From assembly GCA_013265495.1 (NCBI GenBank), contig MU060876.1, forward strand, positions 1,760,107-1,824,106: a stretch of DNA of 64,000 bases, read 5' to 3'. The translations under genes were made by a program, and so were the position numbers. The DNA is from Vicugna vicugna. Lineage: Eukaryota. The notes under the pieces were generated by a model. The model saw only the letters and a list, made by a program, of their open reading frames with translations. It was not told where the DNA came from and did no database searches. Below are positions 13,763 to 29,180 of this stretch, one piece after another (within the stretch, counting starts at the first letter, position 1; the number at the start of each line of letters is the position of its first letter).

Positions 13763-14490
13763 CTACAAAAAGCAAATTTTTAAAAAATTTTTATAATAGT
13801 CACCATGCTATTACAAACAAGTTTGCCCTCCAGTAAAGTACCAAGTAAAGATTTAGAAATCATTACTTTATAATATTAGCAATTGCATGTCTTTACCATC
13901 AAACAAGGCGGGGTGGAGGTGGGAAGGGACGCTGTATTCCTTGAACCAAAATATCTCAAAAAAAATGTTATGGTAACCTTGTGATAACTTCAGATTTTAC
14001 TAAGTCTTTAATTAATCATAAAACCTTGAGTAATTTCAAATTTAATAACAAAGTTTTGAGATGATCAGTTTTCTGCTTACGTTTTTCTGTCCAATAAATG
14101 CTCTATCAACTTTCCCTGAAAGTATTTATTTCAGTTACATTTCCTCTAACCTTAGTTACATTAAATCTTATTCTTCTTCTTCCTGAAGCTGATTAATGTT
14201 TAATAAACCAGTAAGGTTGACTTTTTAAAATTTAAATTGATTTGACTTAAATAGTCACTAAAGCTAGGAATTATATTTATGTTGCTACTCTTTAAATCAA
14301 ATTCTATAGGTCAATGAAATAGGCCAATGAGAAAGGCAACACTTCAAAATACTACTTAAAATTGTAAAATAACAACTTGCTAAGTTATCAGTGTTAAAAG
14401 ATATGGCTAAAGTGAAGGACTAAAAGACTATTCTTATATGTTAAATACTTTTCACTGAAATTCATTTCTTTCAACCAGGTGATACATTCA

Positions 14491-14592
<102 letters not shown>

Positions 14593-16919
14593 CTATAAGA
14601 AAAACAAATAACATTAATTATAACTTCAAGAGCACTGAAAAGTTTTTTAAATAAGAAAAGACTTTTTTTTCTTTCTAATGATTCTCTTGTCTTCTTGGAG
14701 AAGGTTCCTATCTTCCTTTCATAGCCATTATGCATAACCTGTTTGCTTGTTTCATTTCCAGTGTAAACTAAGGAAAGCATGTCATACTCTGATATCCACT
14801 ATATAACTTACATCTTTATAAATTTCCTCAATTGCCTGGATTCCAGATGGAAAATCACTTGCTGTTAAACTATTCCAAGCTTGACATTTGTGGGATAATA
14901 ATAGAACGAATATGCTGTATTCCGAAACTCAGCTGAATCCAAATTTTGCTCCCTTTGCCCAGCTGATCCCATTACCGATACTACCTTCATTCTTGTTTAC
15001 TAATTCTTTTTTCAAAATTTTCTACTATATGAACACCTTCTTTAGTACTATCTTTATTATTTTCTGCACACTTTTCTAAGTTTCACCCTCCTTACCTTCA
15101 TGTCTCTGGAGTAGTCACTGGCTACCCTTGAGAAACTTTTGCTCCATTTACGATTTAACAAAAGGAAGTTTTCCACAGATATATATATTCTATACATACG
15201 TAGAATGCGTACATATTAGTGTATATATGTCACCCCAAAATTGGTAATCTAGAAAGTAAGCATGGAAGTCTTCTTGTTCTTGAATATAATTTATGTGCTC
15301 ATTTAACTATTACCACACAAGTAATTAAAAGTTATCTTTCACTATGTTTAAGTAGAATAACTAAAAAGGAATTAATTTTCTTGACGACTATAAGGTACAT
15401 TTTAATATCTGAGCCAAATAACTGTGTATCAAAGAGTGGTTGATTTTGAGGGCCCTCTCCATAGACCCTTCCCACTCTATTGTTCTTAACGTATACAGAA
15501 TAAAATATCAAATTAGGGTCAAATAAGCTCCAAAAATAAGCAGTAATTCATAGCTTGCTTTACTCAAGATATATAAAAATACATACTCAAAAACAAATGT
15601 TTTGATAAGCAGTAATTTTCACAATTTACTGCTAAATTAATCCTATGTCCTGAAATAAACCACAATGATGAAAATAATGTATAGATACAGATACAGATAT
15701 ATATGGATACACACATGCAGAGATTCTCAAGAGTTTCATTTTAAAGCTAAAAAAATAAAATTTTACATATCAAAATTTAGAAATAAAATATGATTGAAAA
15801 TTTCCTGATACTGTAATTTAGGATATCAATTACATATTACATATATTTAGATACTACATATAATGCATAGACAGTTTTCAATTATTTCTTAATGTATTAG
15901 GCATTTTGTGAAATTCCTTTGAACAGTAAGCCCCTTGAAGGCAGGATTTATGTTCCGTTTCACTCTGAATACCTTACACCTAGCATAGTGCCGGGGCTGT
16001 AGTAAGTATGCACCATATTCTCAGTGACTAAATAAATAGAAGTCTCCTCAGTATGAAATCAAGTTCTGGGTCCTTAGAAGAGTCCCTCAAGCTCTTAAGG
16101 GAAATGAGATATATACTTTCGAACTGTATTCTACAAGCAAGAATTAAATAAGCATTCTTTTTTGTCAACAATCCAAATTTGAGTATGTATTTATGCCCAA
16201 GGAGAACTGCTGCTGCTTTCGTTTTCCAAAAGGAATAGAAGATTTGCACTGTTACTAATTATACTTTAACTCTAGCTGAATTTTGGCAATGGATACTTTT
16301 CTTTTCCTCCACTAACTCCTGAGCCAAAGGTTCTACTGCACCACTAAACTGTAACTTAATTTATCAATGGTGACATCACCATCTTCCTGAGTTTCATTTA
16401 TATAAGCCTAATTACAGGTATCTAAAGAAATCACACAACTATAAACTAAAAGATTATCTTGCCGATTTTTGCTGCAGAATTTCACAGCACATTTGCAGAG
16501 TATAAGTGGTATGGAAGGACTCTGACCAAAGGCAGTCAGAGCCAGTCCTCTTTCTCAGCTTCTTCCCTCTGCCCAAATTCTTCTATTTCTTGTTGTTCCA
16601 TAGTTCTTAGCAGAGCGTTCTGCATGCAGTAAAAATGTAAATGCATGTTGACTGTATGGAATATGTATAGCCAAACCTACACAGAAGTTATTAATATGGA
16701 ACCTCAAAGTCATTTCTACGTCCTTACTCGCCAAATTGGCTATCTACTCAACTGTTAAATCTGATGCTGCTTCTTACAATACTTCCTTCCATACTTGTCT
16801 TGACAGTCCATCTCCAGCACCAGATCCCTTATCCAGGGCCTAGTCATTCTATACCATTTATCTGGACTCCTTGGCTCTAACTGATAGAGATGATATAATA
16901 ATACCTTAACAGCAATACT

Positions 16920-17175
16920 AACAACTACTCTATATCGAGCACTTATCTTGGCACTCAATATGCCTACTATATGCACTGTCCTACGCACTTTGCAATTTAA
17001 CTTATTTAATCCTCACAACAATCCTATCAAGTATGTATCAGCATAGCACCTAAGAGATGAGAAAGCTGAGACTCTGAGATATTTTATAACTTGCCCCAAG
17101 TCATATATAAGTAAGTGAGCGTTTGAACCTAGGTGAGGAAGTCAGAAGCCTATATTCTTCTTATCCACACTATAC
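16920..17175 (-). mobile_element. MIR SINE
   Basis: atttaatcctcacaacaatcctat..agatgagaaagctgagactc..aacttgcccaagtca..tttgaacctagg core. Confidence 0.7.
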
Positions 17176-17781
17176 TTAATGTGAAGAAAATGATTCTGCC
17201 TTTCAACATTGAAATCAAACATCAAATCCTGCACATAGGCTTAAAGGTTTTCCATTCATTTGAACTACCCTGACCTGTCTTAACTGCCATTATTGTTTTG
17301 CTTCTATATAATTGGTAAAATTATATACACCCAATTTGTTCTAAACATTACACTGACTCCTCCCCTCCACTCTAAAAATACTAAAAGAATTTTAGGGTCT
17401 TAGAGAAAGCTCATGTGTACTGAACAGACAATGAGGAGGCAGAGGAAGAAGATTCGGTAGATGTTGATAAAAAAATGTCTAAACAAGCTCTTTAAGTTTT
17501 ATGATTTAGTCCTGTTTTGCCTCAAATCTATATATGTGAGGTTGACTGCTAAACTGAAAGATGGCTATTGTGCCAAATCATGTGACATTTTAGTAACTCA
17601 AAACACATTTATGATTTATTGGTATAATGTGAGTTGGAATAAGGGGGAAGTGAACCTTGTTGAAAATATAACCAGATATTCCCTGTTTTGTAATAAAAGC
17701 TGATAAAACTACATACTTAAAAGCCTCAGACTGTAATAAGACCACCCAGAAGGAAGGGACTCCTAGGAAAGTGACCTTTTA

Positions 17782-17979
<198 letters not shown>

Positions 17980-19429
17980 TTAATTATTATGCTTTATAAT
18001 AAGGGAGATTGTTAAGAAAATCAAAAAAGGACTTTGAGTTGTTATTTTGTTTCCTCCTTATTCAATGGCCCAAACTGGAGTATAGCCTGATATTGAAACA
18101 CAGGGTTAATACTGGCCATTGAAAATCTACTGTGAGCAACTGATAAACTATATTTTTTACTAACTTTGATCTTGCTGAGAAAATATGGAGTTTTTAGAAA
18201 TTCAAGAGTGTGTTATCACAATACATAAAATAAAATAGACTTCATCATTTTAAGGTATAAAGAGATATCAGAAAAGTCATGATTTATCATTTCCCACTAT
18301 CAACAGCTGCTGTGTAGTGGTTTGATATGATTTCAAATCCATTTGTTCATAACAAAAATGAAGTTGTTCCGATCTAAGAATGATGCTGTTTTTATAAGTA
18401 AAGCTCTTTTACTGTAAGAGTGACGTGGTTGCATCAGTATATCATCATCAATGCCTGTGGCTGCTGCTAAAGCACTCAGCAGCTCAGCAGCTGAGGGGCA
18501 CCGCCAGGGGCTTCTCAATAAGAACAAATGAAGAAGCAACTATGTTGAGGGGACATTTAGTCTATAAATACCCAGAGCCTGTGAGGATTGAGAATGGTTG
18601 GTTCCAGCAAGGTGACTCTGCTGATCTAAACAGCTCTCTGAAGACCTGGGGGCATTAGCTCCTACCAGGGTAAGACCCTTTACTGGCAGCAATAAAAAGC
18701 TGCCAAGATCACCTAGCCCGTAGACACGGAGTCTTTGTTCCCTAGCAACATGCTCCAGCAACAATTGACTTTCCCTTCTGTGCCTTCAGCTTGTGGTTGA
18801 CTAAGGCAACTTTCCTGAGAACCAACCTGTAGAAAGGTAAACCTCAAATGAATTTGACTTCATTTCTTTATTTTATTTATCATTGGTTTGGAGTATATTT
18901 CTTTATTGGCTTATTAAAAGACATTATCCTGTATGCTATTGGCTTGTGAAATAATAATTACTGCATTAAACCTGTGTTAAACAAAATTGACAAAGACAAT
19001 CTGCATCTCTGAGCATAATTTGCTGCAAAACAAAACAGTCATCTGTGTTTAAACTGACTCAATGCATATGTTGATTTAAATTTTCCATACAATAATACAC
19101 ATGGTATATTCACCTAATAGATTAATTCTCATCCCTGATGCTGCTACAGGCAACAGAACTTCCCCTCATCTGCTGCTTAACTAGTAGTCTAATGGACAGA
19201 ATTTACCCTGCCCCAAAATAACCTATCCCTCCCACCTATGAATTCATAAAAGGCAAATTAAATATCAGGTATGGGAAAGTTTTGCTATCTATCAAGTACG
19301 GCTTTGACCTGAAAGCTAGGCTAAGGTACTTCCAGGAGAAAGTTGACTCTACTTCCAGGGAAAAGGTACAAGTTTGATTTATTCACCATACTATAAACTA
19401 CATTAAATTTCATAGGGTTCTCAATTTTC

Positions 19430-19500
19430 TAGGATAGGAATTTAGAGATTCCAAGGATAGGAACCCTAGAGATTCCTAGGCTAGGAATCCTAGAGATAGG
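19430..19500. repeat. Three-copy ~24-bp tandem repeat
   Basis: taggataggaatttagagattcc / aaggataggaaccctagagattcc / taggctaggaatcctagagatagg. Confidence 0.7.
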
Positions 19501-22007
19501 ATTTAGGTATTTTTTAACTCAATTATTTTCTAGGGTACCTAAAATCTTCTGGAAGGCTATGCTTTATCTGAGTCTACTTTTTGAAAAATGAGTATCATAT
19601 CATTTGAGAGCATTAAATAATCTGTGCTCCACTGTCTGCCCCAGTTATAAATTCATTAGGAAAGTGAATCAAGGTTGTACAATTAATCTATGAAATATTA
19701 ACCCATTTATATTCATAAAGTCAAGCTTTAAAAATTGTCTAGGATTCCTAAGTCAGACTATTTTTAGCAGTTGACTTTCTATGAATGAATAAATAAATCT
19801 TTCAGGAATTTACATTCTCGGCAAAATGAAATCTGAATCTGAGGATTCATGAGCAATCAATAAGATTTGTTTATTTAAATGGAAAGCCCAATTGATGCTA
19901 ACCAACAGGAAGTAATCAGTAATCAACAGGGAGTAAATTTCAGTAAGATAAATACTTGTGTTTAAGTGGCACCCTACTCCTTTCCTGCAATTTTTTCCCA
20001 ACCAGAACATAATTCAACTGAGAGCAAGTCACAGTGGTTTTCAGGACTTAGAGAGTCTGATTTAGACCTACTCCAAAAAAACTCCTTGAAGCATTCCTTC
20101 TACTGTGTAGGTTAGATATTATATTGGGTCTAAATATCCTGTTCTGGCAATGACACCTAGAATTGTTCTGTATCAGAGGAACCTGCAGGTGGCCAATGAG
20201 ATGGCTGACCTCAGAAGGCACTTTTTCTGCTGTATTTGGTGAGTACACTCTTCTGGAACATTCTGTGGGGCTGCCAGGAGCTGATCTGGGCTTCAAAGTA
20301 AATCTCCAGATGAACAGAATTCAACTCGCATAACCCCCCCAGAAAATGTAAGTCAAAATTTCAGGTATTTCAAAAGTGATTCTTGGTGAGGACTGGAAGG
20401 GACTAGGGGAGGAAAGCGTATTTGATAGTACAGTAGAATTACAGGTGCCTTCTTTATTTCCATTATTATAGTTACAATTATTGTGCAAAAAAGTAAATGT
20501 GTATTTTAAGTATAGACTATCAAATCTTCATGAATGCACTCAGTGAAATTATATTTTCCTGGGTGTACACAAAACTATGACAAACATCTACCCCCAAGGA
20601 AATAATTCAGTAAACACATCTCCCATTGAGTTATACAGGATGTGACTCTAGTCCTTTAGTTGTGGTAAAAGGCATGGTTTGGGGTATAGGATGAGGAGCT
20701 AGGGACGCTTATGTCCTCTTTTAACACTGAATTTGTGGCCCCATTTAGTCAGCTGTGTCACCATTTCCTTGTTTATCAATCTTACAAATCTTCAGAATAC
20801 TTATTTCCCTGCTGGGACATGGAGATTATTCATTTCCTGCTTATAAAACAATTTTTAAACAATAATAGTATTACAGAAAAACGTATAGTAACACAGTATA
20901 AAACCAAATAAACTTATAGAGGAAAAGCTAAGTAATTCCTTTGTTATAACATGTGTTTTTTAACCACATTCCTTCAGTCAAAATACAAACATGGAGTTAT
21001 GCTAAAGAAGCAATCCTAAATTATGAGATCAATAGCTAAGTCTCATTAGTTCCATCTTCCTAACCACCAATATTCAAAATGCATATAACATCAAGAACAA
21101 AAAAAGTCTTCATTATATTCATTCTTTATATTTAAAATAGAATGTTGAGTATGAAACTACTATATATGAATGTTTTTATCATTATACAACTTCTGATTTG
21201 GGTGGTTCTGGTGAAGATCATTATTGAAAGTGGATGAATTAGCTTCATAAAGAAAAGAATGATTTCTATTATTAAAAAATCCATCTCACTAGCATTTGAA
21301 ACAAATCTGTAATATTTAAAATGTTTTAAAAAATATACTTATTAAAGCATTGAATTATTTCCAGTGCTACACTTCACTTTGCAAAGTCAGTATGGAAATA
21401 ATAACATAGACTTCAGGTTAAATAACTTTAAAACAAAAAGTTCGGCAAATTATGTAATGCGATGTTATTAACTTCATCATTAACAAAAAATGGACAAAAA
21501 TTAAAAGTTGTATAATTAAATAATTTCTTGCTTTTTATGCTGGGAATTTTTATTTATGCTCCATTTCAGTTAAGACACTCAAAAAGATCTTGTTTTTCTG
21601 ACTTTGTACACTAAGATCATGTGATCTTTTTGACATTTTTTAAGAAACCACATGCACCTGGGGTTGTGTTAAATGTCAGACCCTTATCTCTCTGTAAAAC
21701 AAATTATCTAAATTCTTTCAACCTGTTGAAGGCATTTTAAACCACAGAAGAGGAGACAAAAATGTATTTCGATTGTTTTAAGGAAGCACATGGTCAAATA
21801 TACCATGTTTTTCACATTCATACTAAAAGGTATCCCCTAAAAATGTTGTTTTTGCATGTTTTTAAGAATGCTTTTGAAACAAACTCTTCACTATTAGAAT
21901 GAAGCCTTAGCTACCATTGCCTTGAGGGCAATACAGGTCTACACTGAGTGAATGGAAGTAAAGAACTTAGAGCAGCGTCTGGCACTATGGAAGTACTATC
22001 TGTTGGC

Positions 22008-22108
22008 CACTACTACACTACTACTGCTACTACCGCTACTACTACCACCACTACTACTACTGCTGCTGCTGCTGCTACTACTACACTACTACTACCACTA
22101 CTACTACT
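22008..22108. repeat. Compound trinucleotide microsatellite (CTA)n/(CCA)n/(CTG)n
   Basis: Direct reading; includes a short pure (CTG) run at about 22060-22077. Confidence 0.9.
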
Positions 22109-22369
22109 TTGTAATGCAATAAACAACCATTTGTTATTGTGGTGTTCATAGTAGTAGGTACTCTTTTTTTGGCTGCTAAATCATTAAGAATTCAAAGGTA
22201 AAGAATGATTTCCCTTTCATTCCACTTGTAGGGACATGTGCTAACAAATAAGTAATCAAGTGGGATCTATTTATTCCTCGAAAAAATAGCTTTTTGGTTG
22301 TGTATGTCACTGGGTCAGTACAGAAAAAATAGCTTAAGTGAAGGCATTTGTTTCTTTAGTTTCTATCCT

Positions 22370-22870
22370 CAGTCACCTCTCCCTTAGGGATCTCAATTTC
22401 CTCCATAGCTTCACCTTTCACCTTCCTGTAACTGACTCTCACATTAATATTTCAGCTTTTACCTCTGAGCTCTTAACACACTTCCTCTTGCCCCAAAGAC
22501 ATGCCAGAACTCCAAGCTGTACATATTTATGTATCAACCCTCCACACATATCCCCTCTTTTATTCTTCCCTCTGAATTCTTTACCTCTCACAGGGTTATC
22601 CATTCCTCTCAGCCACTGAGATTCACTTTTTTCAACTACTATCATCACTGCCTCTGTGCAAGCCTCACTGCACACTAGCATAGAACACCTCAGTAACCTT
22701 CATACTGGCCACTCCAATTTAACCTGTGTCTTCTCTAGTTTATCCAACACATTACTGCTAAGGTAATTTTCCTAAAAAGACAGGACTGATTTATGACCTC
22801 GTGCTCATTTTTAAAAAAGATTTTATATGCTTATAGAATAAACACTAAACTCCTTCATTTAGCATCTGAG
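22370..22870 (+). mobile_element. L2 fragment
   Basis: Pyrimidine-rich L2 ORF2/3'-like text (ccatagcttcacctttcacc..actgactctcacatt). Confidence 0.55.
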
Positions 22871-24349
22871 ACTATCAGTGTCCTTGTCCCTCTGGCAGTA
22901 CCATCCCTCACACAGCCTACACCCTGGCCCAGTGGACTTATGCTGCTCTAACTCTGTGCCTCTGATCATCTAAATTCCTCCACAACTCTACTTCATTGCC
23001 AACAAGTCCATTTCCTTACCTAATTTCTTTATCCTTCAAAGCCCAGTCAAAAGATGCTGCAATATTTGCCAAGAAGCCTTTCTTTATACTTTCTCTCCCT
23101 TTAAAATGTTAATCCAGCCTTCTTATCCTCCCACAATACCTTAAAGCAATGTGCACATTCTGTATTATCCTTATATTTATCTCCTTTACTAAATTCATTA
23201 TAGACAGGTTCCATGTTTTATCATCCCATTCTTCCATTTGAATATAGTATAGGGGAAATGTCCTTAAAGGTTTGTGGTATTATTCTATTCCAATTTTAAC
23301 CTAAAATTAAAATATACAATGTAACACAAGGTAGGGCTTCATTATAATTATTCCCAGCCTTTCCTTCTCTAATAAGGAAAAATAACTCCTGTAGGCACCA
23401 GTAAGAATCACTTTTTAAACAAATTCTACCCTCCTCTCTTCCAAAAACACCAGGATTCTGTATTAGAGGAGAAGGTGATGGCCATGATTTTTTCAATCTT
23501 TATATCACACTCCAATCAATAAGAAATGAATTCAGGAATTTTTCTATTCACCAAGGAATAAGTACAATTAACATAAACATGTAGTAAAAAGAAAATCACA
23601 GGATGCTTTCAAAATTGTTTACAAAATTCCAAGTTTTACAATAATTCAGTCTTCTGTTACTTCATTTTTGTGCCAAAACTTACAGTTTTTCTCCTCTCAG
23701 GAGTCAGGAGTCCCCCACCTCTACCTCCCTTGGTCTTTTTATTTGAGCCTTTAGCATCAGCTCTCAGTAGGTCAGATTTACAATCACCCTCTAAACTTGT
23801 AGCCTCTAATAAATCAAACAAACCTTACAGGGATTTTTCCTTCAGGATTAATGTCATTCTAACTCCTCTAATGAGTTTTCCCAGAGATAAAACAGAAGAA
23901 GTCTATGCCTTGTTAGGAAACTGTGGGTGGTACCAATGATCAAAAACTCAAAAATCAGAAGCATAATTCTATAGTGAATTTGTAATTCTTAATCTAGAAA
24001 AAGAGATCAGATTACTCAATTGAAACACCAATAGGTTAACTAAAATGAAGTCTAACTAATTTGATTTTGCTCATAAATCTCATAATTAACATAAACTTTG
24101 AGTAAGAAGAATAACTAAGATTCAAATAGGATAAAAATGATCAGCACTTTCACAGCCATTTGATGTTAAGGAAATTACAGCTATTTGGAATGATGATATA
24201 AAATACCATGAAGTGATCTGATGAATACATAATAAAATTACCTTTATTATAGGACACAATCTGTATTTTAGCTTTCAAGAGAATCCTATTTATCCATCTA
24301 CTTGAGAAGAAGAAAAGAAAAAAGAGCACCACCCATCCCTCTCCAAAAT

Positions 24350-25620
24350 AAATACCTTACATAAAAACTAACTCAAAATGGATCACAGACCTAAATGTAA
24401 GCATCAAACCACTAAAAACTCATAGAAGAAAACACAGGTATATAAATCTCAGTGAGTCTGAATTAGGCAATAGTTTCTTAAACATATACCAAAAGCAGAA
24501 ACAATTACAGAAAAAAAACAGATAAATTGAACTTCATTAAAACTTTGGTGGGATAACAGTATGGAGGTTCCTTAGAAAACTAAAAATAGAGTTACCATAT
24601 GCCCCAGAACTTCCACTCTTTGGCATATATCCAGAGAAAATTCTTAACTCGAAAAGATACATTCACCCAAATGTTCATAGCAGCTATTTACAATAGCCAA
24701 GACATGGAAACAACCTAAATGTCCATTGAGAGATGATTAGATAAGAAAGGTGTGGTATATATAGACAATGGAATACTACTCGGTCATAAAAAAGAATGAG
24801 ATAATGCCATTTGCAGCAACATGGATGGACCTAGAGATTATCATACTAAGTCAGACAGAGAAAGACAAATATCATATGACATCACTTATATGTGGAATCT
24901 AAAAAAATGATACAAATGAACTTAGAAAACAGAAAGAGACTCACAGACATAGAAACAAACTTATGGTTAAATTAGGAGTTTAGGATTAGCAGATACAAAC
25001 TACTATATATAAAATAAACAACAAGATCCTACTATATAGCACAGGGAATTACACTCAGTATCTCATAATAACCTATAATGAAGAACATATGAAAAAGTAT
25101 ATGTATGTATAATTGAATCACTATGCTGCACACCAGAAACTAACACATTGTAAATCAACTATACATCAATATAAAAAGTGAAATAAAATAAAATAATAAA
25201 ATTTTTGTGCTTCAAAAGATATCAAGAAAGTGAAAAGGAAATCCACAGAATGGGGAAATCATATATCTAAGTTGCAAATCATACATTCAATAAGCGTCTA
25301 TAATCAGAATATATAAACTCTTACAACTCAACAGTAAAAAGACAACCCAATTTAAAAATGTGCAAAGGACTTTAATAGATATTTCTCCAAAGATCTATAA
25401 ATGGCCAAAAAGCACATGAAAAGAGGCTCAAGTCATTAGCCATCAGGGAAATGCAAATCAAAACTATAGTGAGATACCACTGTATAGTCACTAGGGTGAT
25501 TATAATAATAATAATAAAAGATAGACAATAACAGTGTTGAGGATTTGGAGAAATTGGAACCTTCATGTATTTGTAGTGGGAATGTAAAATGGTACATTCA
25601 CTTTGGAAAACAACTTGAGG
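24350..25620 (+). mobile_element. Old L1 ORF2 fragment with a younger L1 3' end (about 24550-25200) nested inside
   Basis: aactcaaaatggatcacagacctaaatgtaa..; the insert runs cagtatggaggttccttagaaaactaaaaatagag..tgtaaatcaactatacatcaat plus an A tail; the older L1 resumes at 25200. Confidence 0.85.
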
Positions 25621-27939
25621 AAGTCTTTAATTTACTGATATGGAACTACCTCCAAGATAGTTCATGATTCAAGTGAAAAAAAGCAAGGAGCATACTGTAG
25701 TAGATATAGTACACCACTTGTTTATAAAAGAAAAAAAAGAACATATAAAAACAAATTTGCTACACAAGAAAATGGTAACACCAGTTGCCTCTGGTAATGT
25801 TTGCTGAGTGGCGGGAAGACAGGGGTAATATGAGAGACAAGGGTAGTATTTAAAAGATAACTTTACATCCTTTTTTAATGCTTTAAATTCTGAACCATGT
25901 GAATGAAGTATCAAAAATTAATACTTAAACATATTTAAGTGCTCACTGCAAGGCACATACTAACAATCAAAATTGTATGATCATTATTATTGAAAACAGG
26001 AGTTGCAAACTCAAATCCCTTCAGAGATTTAATGTTGTGTTCTACCATATGAATGAGTGAAGTATAGAGTATAAGACAAGTGAGAGAAGCTTAAAATCCA
26101 ACTAGAAGTGGAGCAGCTGCTACTGAACTCCAGCTGATTATATTTACTCTGGAAAACAGACATAATGCTGCCAGGTTTTCCAAATTTTCAAAAGATACCA
26201 AAAATCCAAATATGTGAAATATCCTGATTTTTAATGTTGGGCCTGTACCATGCTAGTGGGCCAGATTCAGCCCACAGGCCATCTGATTATTACCTGGGAT
26301 GTATAAAAAGCCCTTAATTTATGAACAATATATTGGGCTTCCAAACTGTCTTTGCAAGTTTGGGAACTCCAAATGCATTTTCTCTGTAAGAGTGAAATAA
26401 GTAGCAGTTCGGTTTCCAGATTCATTTTATAGGTAAACTATAGTACTGAACCAACAGCACTATGTCACCTACCCTCTATGATTAACAATGTTTATATTAA
26501 ACAACTTAGTCTAAGTTTCTACTTAAGATTTTGAAAAGTCCAAAATGGCAAATCCAAGGATAATAAAAGGGAAGGAAGTGACTGGGAAGAATTTGAAGAA
26601 AGGTAAGGAGACTTAGATGGACATAGGTGAAGGATCTTAGGCAAAAATTCAGATTATTATAGTGGGTAATAAGATAAGCTTTCAAAATTTCTCTGAAGAT
26701 CTGTGTCTTCTGTAGACAACAAATTTAGCAAAAGAGAAAAAGAAAGGAGAAAAGGATGTGTCTCAGCAACAGCAACAGCTGAAAAGGACTGAAGCCTCAG
26801 CTCCAAGGGGTTGGTGATGATCTCTAAAAGAACTCTGTAGTTGCTCATAAGTCAGACATCATAAGGTAAGAATGCCAAATAACTAGCCCTAACAAAAATT
26901 ATAAAACCAAAAGTAAATCCCCATGCCTACTAGAAGATTAAACTAAAACTTATTTTCTAAAGGTACACTTTATTACTAAAGGAACAAGAAGTTAACTTTT
27001 TTTTTTCCTAACTGAAATTCACTCATGAGTGTTCCTATGAACTTTACATTTTCTACTCATGGATAAATATTCTATTTGGAGATCACCTATGGCAAAGATG
27101 TAACCTCAGGAGATAACCACTCCCTAGTACCTATGGTTATCTTTGCTAGCATTTGGCCAATGTATAGCTAAATAAATGCCTAACTATTTTAACACTACCC
27201 TAAGAGTAAACATGATTTAAAAAATAAAATCTGGTAATTTTTGGAAGTCAGTTATTAGTGATGCTTCATGATATGACTTTATCTTGTAATTCTGAAGAAT
27301 AGTCTCTAAGTTTTTCAGCAACCTGTATGAAATTCAGCTGATACGTGCTCAGGACAACATTAAAACTGCTTTATTGCTCCTAGGTAAACCTAATTAGGAA
27401 AATAAACTTGCTATATGGAAAAAATCATGTGTAATCTAAATCCCAACAGGAATGACCACTGGATTGAATTCAATAGGCACATTTTTCCAGTTAACATGGA
27501 AAGCCAAGATGCTGCTCTAAGTAGTTGTAGCTTACCAAGTTTTGGATTATGAGGGTGTCTGCTCCCCTCCATCAGTATACAAATCATATGTACAACATAA
27601 TTTATAAAGGGTGCTAATATTATGAAGTCATTAGAACTTTTTAAGTAAGGAGATAGATATTTCCTACAATTATTATTTACTTAACTAGACACCTAATTCT
27701 TTTCTAGATAGGATATGCTCATAATGCTTCAAAATTATTTTAAAAAGAATCATTAGCCTTCAACTCCATTTATACAGAGTCACCAACAAAGAAAAAACTT
27801 TTGAGTGTTTCTTATATTTCTTGACATGGCCCATCAGAAAACATGGAAAAAGTGTAAATAGAAACAAGAGATTTCAGGTTTTGAGCCTGACCAAAATTAG
27901 TCTAAGGAACTATTAGACTGTTTTTACAGGAAAATGTTA

Positions 27940-28062
<123 letters not shown>

Positions 28063-28639
28063 TTATCTATATAAAATAAATTTAAACATTAAATTTGCAT
28101 ATAAAACCTAGCAGTACCTATATTAATCCACATTTGAAATTCAGACATGAGTTACTCTAATTAAATGACACTGATTCGTAACTATAAAATTTAACTAAAA
28201 TTACTTTGAACAATTTTATCAAAGTAGCCTAACTCCATGACAAAAATTATTTTTTTCCTTTAATCTTAGAAGGTTTATGAGTATTTTATTCAAATCATGC
28301 TTTCATTTTTGCTGAAATCTCTATCCTAGAATTTTAAGTGCTTTCAGTGTAATAAGAGAAGTTGCAGCCAAACTCCAGTGAGTTGGGGACTGTATGGAAT
28401 GAAGTAATAGACTATTCTTTTGAACAGTTTGCCAGAAAGGGGAAGAAAGAAAGAGGAAGTTGTAGCTAGTTATTTGTTAGATGAGGGATTTTTATTTCTT
28501 TTTTCTCAATTTTCAAGATGAATGATATCTGAACACATGTATATGATGGGGTGGGGGTGGAAAAGGAGAAGTTGAAGAAAAAGGCAAGAGAAGGGACAAC
28601 TCACTGATAAATGTCCTACAAAAGGCCCAGAGGATGGTT

Positions 28640-29180
28640 TGGTGGTTTTAAAACACATCCACAAATTCTTTGCTATTCCCCCTATTAAGAAGTGAAGCTC
28701 AATTTCCCTCTCCTTCAGTTTGGGCTATTTAATGACTTGCTTCTAATAGGATATAGTGGAAATGATGGAGTATGACTTCCAAGGTGGGTCATAAGATATA
28801 TTGTGGCTTCCATCATGCTCTGTCTTACATCACTCACTCAGGCAGAAGCTCCAGCTGTCATGTTGTGAGAACACTCAAGCAGCCTTATGGAGAGGCCCAC
28901 ATTGTGAGGAACTAAGTAGGGTCACACAGGACCTACAACAGTCACAGAGGAAGTAAGATCTCTTGCCAACAACCATGTGAGTGGGCCATCTTGGAAGCAG
29001 ATCCCCCAGCCCAAATGGGGTTTCATATGAGTGCAGCTCCATCCAACCTCTCGATTCTGAGACAGAACCACCCAGTTAAATTGTTCCCTGTCCCACAGAA
29101 ATTGTGAGATAATACATGTTTATTACCTTAAGTCACTAACTTTTGGGATAATTTGTTATGCAGCAATAGGTAATTAACAT
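28640..29180 (+). mobile_element. MLT1 (ERVL-MaLR) solo LTR
   Basis: Ends ttaagtcactaacttttgggataatttgttatgcagcaataggtaattaaca. Confidence 0.8.

Noticed and set aside
18410..18975. GC-richer patch, possibly an ancient LTR or enhancer
   Set aside because: I could not assign a family or function from sequence alone.
21948..22151. ORF with poly-Thr/Ala/Leu
   Set aside because: Translation of a trinucleotide microsatellite.
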